This document shows positions 54,890 to 64,000 of a DNA stretch of 64,000 nt, piece after piece. The stretch is from Eledone cirrhosa. Lineage: Eukaryota. The first letter of the stretch is position 1. Each line of letters opens with the position of its first letter. The notes under the pieces were generated by a model. That model was given only the letters and a program-made list of their open reading frames with translations, did not search any database and had not been told where the DNA came from. The stretch covers positions 177,692,001 to 177,756,000 of the forward strand of contig OZ024741.1 of assembly GCA_964016885.1 (NCBI GenBank), read 5' to 3'. The position numbers and the translations under genes were made by a program.

Positions 54890-55445
54890 ACGTATTTAAG
54901 AAAGCCACAACAATGCAAAGGGAAATCTCGAGGTAGGAAGTGAAATATAGATAGGAAAAACAGGTGAAAGTGAAAATTGAGAGAGACAGAGATGAAAACA
55001 AAACAAAGGTAGAAGGGTTACCGTAGTAGAGATTTAATCCCAATATTTCGGGCTCACGCCCATCAACGGGGGAAAAGTTCCAAAAGGGGGGAAAAACAGG
55101 CCAAGCGGAGAAAGTTGTGATGTCGTTAAGACAGGAATGCCGTTATGGGGAGAAAAATATTTAAAATTTAAACGAGGGATTTCCAACTTCTACAGCTCAC
55201 TATCTTTCACACACACACACACATATACACACTTACACTTATACACACACAGTTACACACACATATATATTTACATACACATATCTTACGGCTTTCACAC
55301 GCTAACGCACCCTCTTGATTTAACCCATTTGGTCAGTAGCTTTTGCCACAGCCAATCAGGCGCACGCGCATTCTTTCCCTCGTTTAAATTTTAAATATTT
55401 TTCTCCCCATAACGGCATTCATTCAAGCAAACTTTAACACCCTCA
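54890..55445 (-). mobile_element. Probable pLTR fragment with degenerate HHR (55038-55073) and 45 bp inverted repeat (55135-55179/55376-55420)
   Basis: tccc-CCGTTGA-t gggc gtga gccc-GAAA-TATT-ggga; flanked by (TA)n. Confidence 0.5.
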
Positions 55446-55511
55446 TATATATATATGTGTATATATATATATATATGTGTATATATATATATATATATGT
55501 GTATATATATA

Positions 55512-55542
<31 letters not shown>

Positions 55543-55552
55543 CATATATATA

Positions 55553-55587
<35 letters not shown>

Positions 55588-55613
55588 CATATATATATAT
55601 GTGTATATATATA

Positions 55614-55649
<36 letters not shown>

Positions 55650-55676
55650 ATATATATATATATGTGTATATATATA

Positions 55677-55707
<31 letters not shown>

Positions 55708-55735
55708 CATATATATATATATGTGTATATATATA

Positions 55736-55778
<43 letters not shown>

Positions 55779-55851
55779 TATATATATATATATGTGTATA
55801 TATATATATATATATATCATATATATATATATGTGTATATATATCATATAT

Positions 55852-57427
<1,576 letters not shown>

Positions 57428-57428
57428 G

Positions 57429-57493
<65 letters not shown>

Positions 57494-57550
57494 GTATATA
57501 TATGTATATATATATATGTATATATATATATATACATATAGATACTTAAT

Positions 57551-58387
57551 TTGTTTGTTCACCCTAACGTCCCCTTTATTTACGTGTCCCAACGACATTT
57601 TTTAGCCGCTGTTCGCACCAACCTGAGGTATATGGCCCTTAAAGCGATGAAATGCCTGGGACGGTTGGAGGGTCACTGATGAAGGACTTACTTTTTCATA
57701 TGTATCCCATTTGCAAAGCGCATCTCCATTATTATCATATTTACACATATTTTTTCCTCTGCTGCCACCCGTCTGTTTCGTGCTTTGTATCTTTACCCTT
57801 TCTAGCAGTCTGTCTCTCTGTTAGCCTCCTCCTCAACTTTCACTCACTCATTCTGTGTCACTACCTCTCCTCCTCCTCCTCCTCCTCCTTCCGTCTCTTT
57901 CTTCCCGCTTGACCTGTCCGATTTCTTTTCTCGCGCGTTCTTGGCCAAGCCGGTATGAATTTTTATTTCTCTCTCTCTCTCTCTCTCTCGTCTGCGACTT
58001 CACAGAACTTATGCTTACCGAATTCGTAGACCAGACCCCTTCTTCTTCCCCCCGTTAGACCTGTGCGAAATTCCTTCCTTGCTCACATTTCAACCAGGTT
58101 TGATGGTCTTTTGTCTCTTGTTCCCGATTTCACCGAGTTTATATTCATAGAAATCTGGGACTTGTCTCTTTCTTCTCACTTTCTGTTGCTTAAACCATTT
58201 TGTTTGTTCACCCTTACGTCCCCTTTATTTACGTTACCCAACGATTTTTTTAGCCGTTGTTCGCACCAACCTGAGGTATATGGCCCTTAAAGCGATGAAA
58301 TACCTGGGACGGTTGGAGGGTCACTGATGAAGGACTTACTTTTTCATATGTATCCCATTTGCAACGCGCAGGTCCATTATTATCATA

Positions 58388-58388
<1 letters not shown>
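57551..58388 (+). repeat. ~190 bp direct repeats (57551-57740, 58200-58388) around a ~460 bp pyrimidine-rich core
   Basis: Direct alignment by eye; (TA)n on both sides. Confidence 0.8.
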
Positions 58389-58447
<59 letters not shown>

Positions 58448-58461
58448 AATATATGTATATA

Positions 58462-58586
<125 letters not shown>

Positions 58587-58609
58587 ATATATATATATAT
58601 AACTTTGAA

Positions 58610-61098
58610 TAACTTTGAAATGTTTTGGCCAGTATTGGCCCAGGCCATGTCTAACTTAATAGCACCACCTGGCGAAGTCTTTCAATTCAGGATTTGGGCA
58701 CCATGGCCCATTCGAGAAGAGAATTACTGTTTGCGGAGACATATCCGGGTGTGGGTGGTTTGTCCGGGATTACTTGGAGGAATTTGTCCAAAGACTTCTT
58801 GAATTTTGTGTGGTCAGTTTCTGTTTTGACGTGTCCTGGTGTGATGTTGAAGAGAGCAGGGCCGATTGAGGTGAAATAATTGTGCCGTATTGTTGTTATG
58901 AGTTGCGATTTAGATTTTTGAATGGGACGGATAGCACGGGGCCCAAGCCTTGGGTGTATCTTGAAAGCGATGCCAACATCATTTGGGCAGTGATGATGGA
59001 ACATTTTCCACATCATGCAGATAATATAACGCTCACGGCGACGTTGGAGTGAGTAAAGTTTCAGGTTTTCCAATCGACCCCAGTAGTCAAGGTCTGACAT
59101 GCCATCTATCTTTTTCGTGATTGCCCTTTGAGGAGCTTCAAGTTTCATGATACTTTGTTTCGTGTGGGGAGACCACAGTGGACAACAGTATTCAAGGTGT
59201 GGTCGGGCGAAAGTAGAGAAGAGAAGGATAATGGTGCGGGAATCTCTCGACTGGAAGGTTCTGAGGATCCAGGAACACATTCTGCGGGCCATGTCAACTT
59301 TGCTGCTTATATGCGTGGTCCAGCTTATGTTGCTGTCCACGGTTACTCCCAAGTCTCTGATGTTGTTAGATGCCACGAGAGTTTCCCCGGAGGGAAGGGA
59401 GTACGGGAGTTTCAGAGCATCCTCTTTTCCAAAGTGGATCAGTTCGAATTTGTCTTCGTTCAGTAACATGTTGTTCTTTTCTGCCCATTGGGTAACAGCC
59501 AGTAGGTCTGACTGAAGGCTTATCCGGTCATCCACGCCATTGATGACCTTTTGGAGCTTGGAATCATCAGCGAAAATTTTAATGTTGCTGTGTTTGATGA
59601 TGTCAGTGATGTCATTAATATAGATGATGAAGAGAAGTGGGCCCAACACAGTGCCTTGTGGGACTCCACTACTGACTTTGGCTGGGCTTGATTTGACTCC
59701 CTCAACTACAACATGTTGGGTTCTGTTTGACAGGAAGCTCTTGATCCACTGCAGCAGCTTTCCAGTGACACCAATATTGGACAGCTTTCTCAGTAGAATG
59801 TTATGATCAACCCTGTCAAAGGCCTTGCTGAAATCAAGGTAGATAACATCAGTGTTGGAACCCTCTCCCAAGGCTCTCAAAATGTCATCAAAGTGATGCA
59901 GTAGTTGCGTCAGGCAATCCCTTCCATTACGGAATCCATGCTGGTTGGAGTTCAGCATATTGTTACTCTCAAGGAAGTGGGTCATTCGCGATCTCACCAC
60001 TCGCTCAAATACCTTAATGATATGAGAGGTGAGTGAGATTGGACGGTAATTCACGGCAAGGGATTTGTTTCCCTTTTTGAAAACTGGGACAACAGACTGG
60101 GATAGAAGGTTTTCTGGCACATATCCAGCATCCAGTGAGTTCCGCCACAGATTGGCAAGAGGAGAAGCAAGTTGGTGTTGACACGCCTTCAAGACACAAG
60201 CAGGGAACCTATCGGGACCTACTGCTGAATTATGCTTGATTTCCTTTATTGCCGCCAAGACATCAGGGGCGCCAAACGTTATGTCCGATAAGGTGTAATG
60301 GGGAGTAACATCGCCGATACAGCCCAGATCGGCCATATCAGGATTGCTGAAAACAGAGCAGTATTGTTTCTGCAGTATCTCACCCATGGTTTTAGCATTG
60401 TCTTGAAGAGTGCCATTTTCATCAATTAGAGGGCCAACAGTAGAGCCAGTGATTTTGTGTTTTTTGCAAATGAAAAGAACACTTTGGGATTGAGTTTGAT
60501 CTTCTCAATGGCCCAGGCCTCTTCAGCTCTTCTCTGATTGTTGATGAGGGACATTATGTTGTTTTGGAGGTTATGTTTTTTAATCTCTAGTGATGAAATG
60601 GCAGTCAAGTTGATGTGTTGCTGCTGACAGTATTTCAGATCGTTGATTTTTTTGTTCGTTCTCTTAATTTTTCTGATGAGCGTTTTTCTATTTCTAGGGA
60701 TTCTGCTCTTAGATTTGTTTATAATTCTTAATGGGGTGTGTTTAGCACATATGTTTGTAACAGTGTCCACAAATGTCTGCCAGGACTTTTTGATGTTAGT
60801 GGGTGTATGAGTGTGCGTGAAGGACCAGTCGACATGTGCAAGATCATGACTGATCGCTTCCCAGTTTGCATTGTGGAAATCCATAGCGTCAAACGGATGG
60901 ACAGGAGAAATGACATTGGGTTTGTATATTGGACGGTGGAATCTCAGATCACAGAGAACCATGTCATGATCAGAGAGTAGAGTTTTCTCCACTGCAATAT
61001 TGTGGATATTGTCAGTGTGATTGCTGAAAATTAAGTCTAGGACGTTTTTGTGGCACCTCGTTGGTTCGAGCACTAGTTGGGATAGGAAGAAATCATCC
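58610..61098 (-). mobile_element. 5'-truncated CR1-like LINE (EN C-terminus + RT, one frameshift near 60430) with (TTCAAAGTTA)2 tail
   Basis: [15 protein letters not shown]; [35 protein letters not shown]. Confidence 0.92.
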
Positions 61099-61133
61099 AT
61101 ATATATATATGTATATCTATATATATATATGTA

Positions 61134-61172
<39 letters not shown>

Positions 61173-61173
61173 C

Positions 61174-61305
<132 letters not shown>

Positions 61306-61307
61306 TG

Positions 61308-61371
<64 letters not shown>

Positions 61372-61377
61372 TACATG

Positions 61378-61622
<245 letters not shown>

Positions 61623-61633
61623 GTATATATATG

Positions 61634-61673
<40 letters not shown>

Positions 61674-61679
61674 TGTATA

Positions 61680-61718
<39 letters not shown>

Positions 61719-61720
<2 letters not shown>

Positions 61721-63812
61721 TTAGACTTACCTACGACACTGACTACCTAGACAGCCATGACCTTAGATGTTTCTGCCCTAGTAGACCTATAAGAGGTAGA
61801 CCCCCCACCATAACCTCAATGGCTAAAAAGACTCCCATAGGAAGGTGGATTGGGTGGACCAAAGCTATACGGACCCCCCAAAACACTGATCAGGTAAGAA
61901 AAATGGTCGCACATGCAATAGGGGCTAGTATCAAAACTACCCTAAAGGGCCACATATTTAAGTTCAATGAGAAAATCTACACCCAAAATGAGGGAGCAGC
62001 CATCGGCGTCAGCATAGCTGGTGATGTTGCCAACCTTTTCATGGTATGGTGGGAAAGGAGACTTAAAGATCTCCTCCTTAATGAAAGCTCCATAGACCTC
62101 ATCATGTACTCTCGTTATGTAGACGATATCAATATAGTTATAAGAACACCCCCACTAGAGAGCACTAACAAGTTTGATTTAGAACGTAGCACGATGGAAA
62201 GCATCCAGCAGATAGCTAATTCCATACACCAGAGTATAACTGTAACTATAGACTTCCCTTCCAAACACCCTAACAATAGACTACATGTATTAGACACAGA
62301 ACTCTGGATTAACACTATAGACGAGAGAGCCCAAATTCTCCACTCACACTATGCTAAACCCATGGCCTCCAAATACCTGATACTCAAAAACTCAGCAATG
62401 TCCAGTAGTGCTAAGTTTAATATTCTGATCACAGATTTGGTACGAGTGATGAAGAATGTGTCCAGCATGTGCGACCCAACAGAAATGGAAGGACACATCC
62501 AACACTTCATCAACCGCATGCAGTTCTCTGGCTACAACCAAAGAGACAGAGTCAGAGTATACGAAGGAGCCATGGAAAAGTATAAGACCCTCATAGAACT
62601 GGACATGAAAGGAATTTGCCCACTATACAGGAGCAAATCATGGAATAGCTTAGATAGGGCTAGACATAAGATAGGGAAGGCCACATCATGGTACGACAAC
62701 CAGAGATATCAGAGTGTCATGTTTGTGGACGCCACCCCTGGAGGGAAATTAGCTAACCAGTGTAGAAAGGCCCTGAGAAAGACCCACTTAAAAATAAAGG
62801 TGGTAGAAAAGCCAGGAACCACCATAAAATCCCTGATCAGCAAAACCTACCCTTTTAAGAAAACCCACTGTACCAATAGGAAATGTATCATATGTAAGGT
62901 GAACCCCCGGATAAACTGTAAAACTAGAAACGTAGTCTATAGCATAAGATGTACAGAGGGTACTTGCAGAAACACGACAACAACATACATAGGTGAGACA
63001 GATCGTAGCATAGGTGAAAGGATAGACCAACACTGGGGGGAACTAAAAGGACAAAAAAACGGGTCAGTACTATACGAACATGCTAGACAACAACATGACG
63101 GTAACATAGACAACATAGAAATTAGAATAATATCTAAACATAGGAATGACCCAGCAGATAGGCAAATCAGAGAGGCCAGTGAAATAGAAATTAGAAGACC
63201 AAAGCTAAACAGAAAGAATGAGTGGAACAACAACAACACCCAAACAAACAACACTGACCTAAGAGAAGTATAAATAAATAAGTAAATTAAATTAAATAAA
63301 TAAAATAAGATAAATAAATACATACACAAGCACATAAACACACACTAGTCACCCAGCATACACAACACTATACACACTAGTCACACATCACACATAACAC
63401 TATACACACACGCAAACGCATGCGCAAAGAAGACAAAATAAAATAAGATAAACAAACAAGCAAATAAATAAATAAATATATAGACAGACTGAACAAAAAA
63501 AAAAAAAAAAAATGGCGTAGACATACAACACAACAGGAGGAACAATGAATATAACACCACTGACGATGTTGCAGATGTGCAACGAAAGATTTATGTAAAT
63601 TATGTAAACTATATATATATGTGTTTGTCTATATTGTATCTGTATTATTTTTGACCGCCGGTCAGTCAATGGCAACATTGAGGACCGAGTAAGTTAGATC
63701 GCAGATATATATATATAAAAGACAGCGAGAAGCGAAAACCAACCAAACAGTGAGTGTGTTCTGTTATTAATTCTGGCAATATTACGCAAATATGACCCTC
63801 CCCAAATATAAC
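61719..63812 (+). mobile_element. Third PLE-C copy, 5'-truncated within RT, with pLTR
   Basis: Near-identical to 50753-52820; begins abruptly after (TA)n. Confidence 0.95.
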
Positions 63813-63824
63813 TATATATTTATA

Positions 63825-63894
<70 letters not shown>

Positions 63895-64000
63895 TAAACG
63901 CATATATATATACATATATATAATTATACATATACATATAGATACATATATATATATACATATAGATATATACATATATATATACACATATATATATATA

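Noticed and set aside
57676-57700. CTGATGA as a hammerhead core
   Set aside because: No stem II or downstream GAAA in register

Overview
Eukaryotic (animal) non-genic DNA with no recognisable host gene. It is a nest of retroelements inserted into long (TA)n/(TACA)n microsatellites; the SINE and LINE-tail sequences resemble octopus/cephalopod repeats (recalled, not searched). Penelope-like elements (PLEs; RT plus C-terminal GIY-YIG endonuclease) dominate, with about 8 coding families and several solo pseudo-LTR (pLTR) fragments. They include an intact YRDD-type element with direct pLTRs (9761-15132) and a ~6.7 kb near-perfect palindrome of two copies (46110-52822). Also present are one full-length RTE LINE with three C-terminal C2H2 fingers, a non-autonomous RTE derivative, two CR1-like LINEs and a tRNA-derived SINE with a TSD and an empty-site paralog. 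Reading by eye finds about 18 hammerhead-ribozyme (HHR) motifs of about 11 sequence types, some with 85-105 nt stem II insertions. At 7360-9107 an array of four consecutive fold-backs has spacers made of PLE fragments and ribozymes. The many YIYI/ICIY ORFs are microsatellite artefacts.
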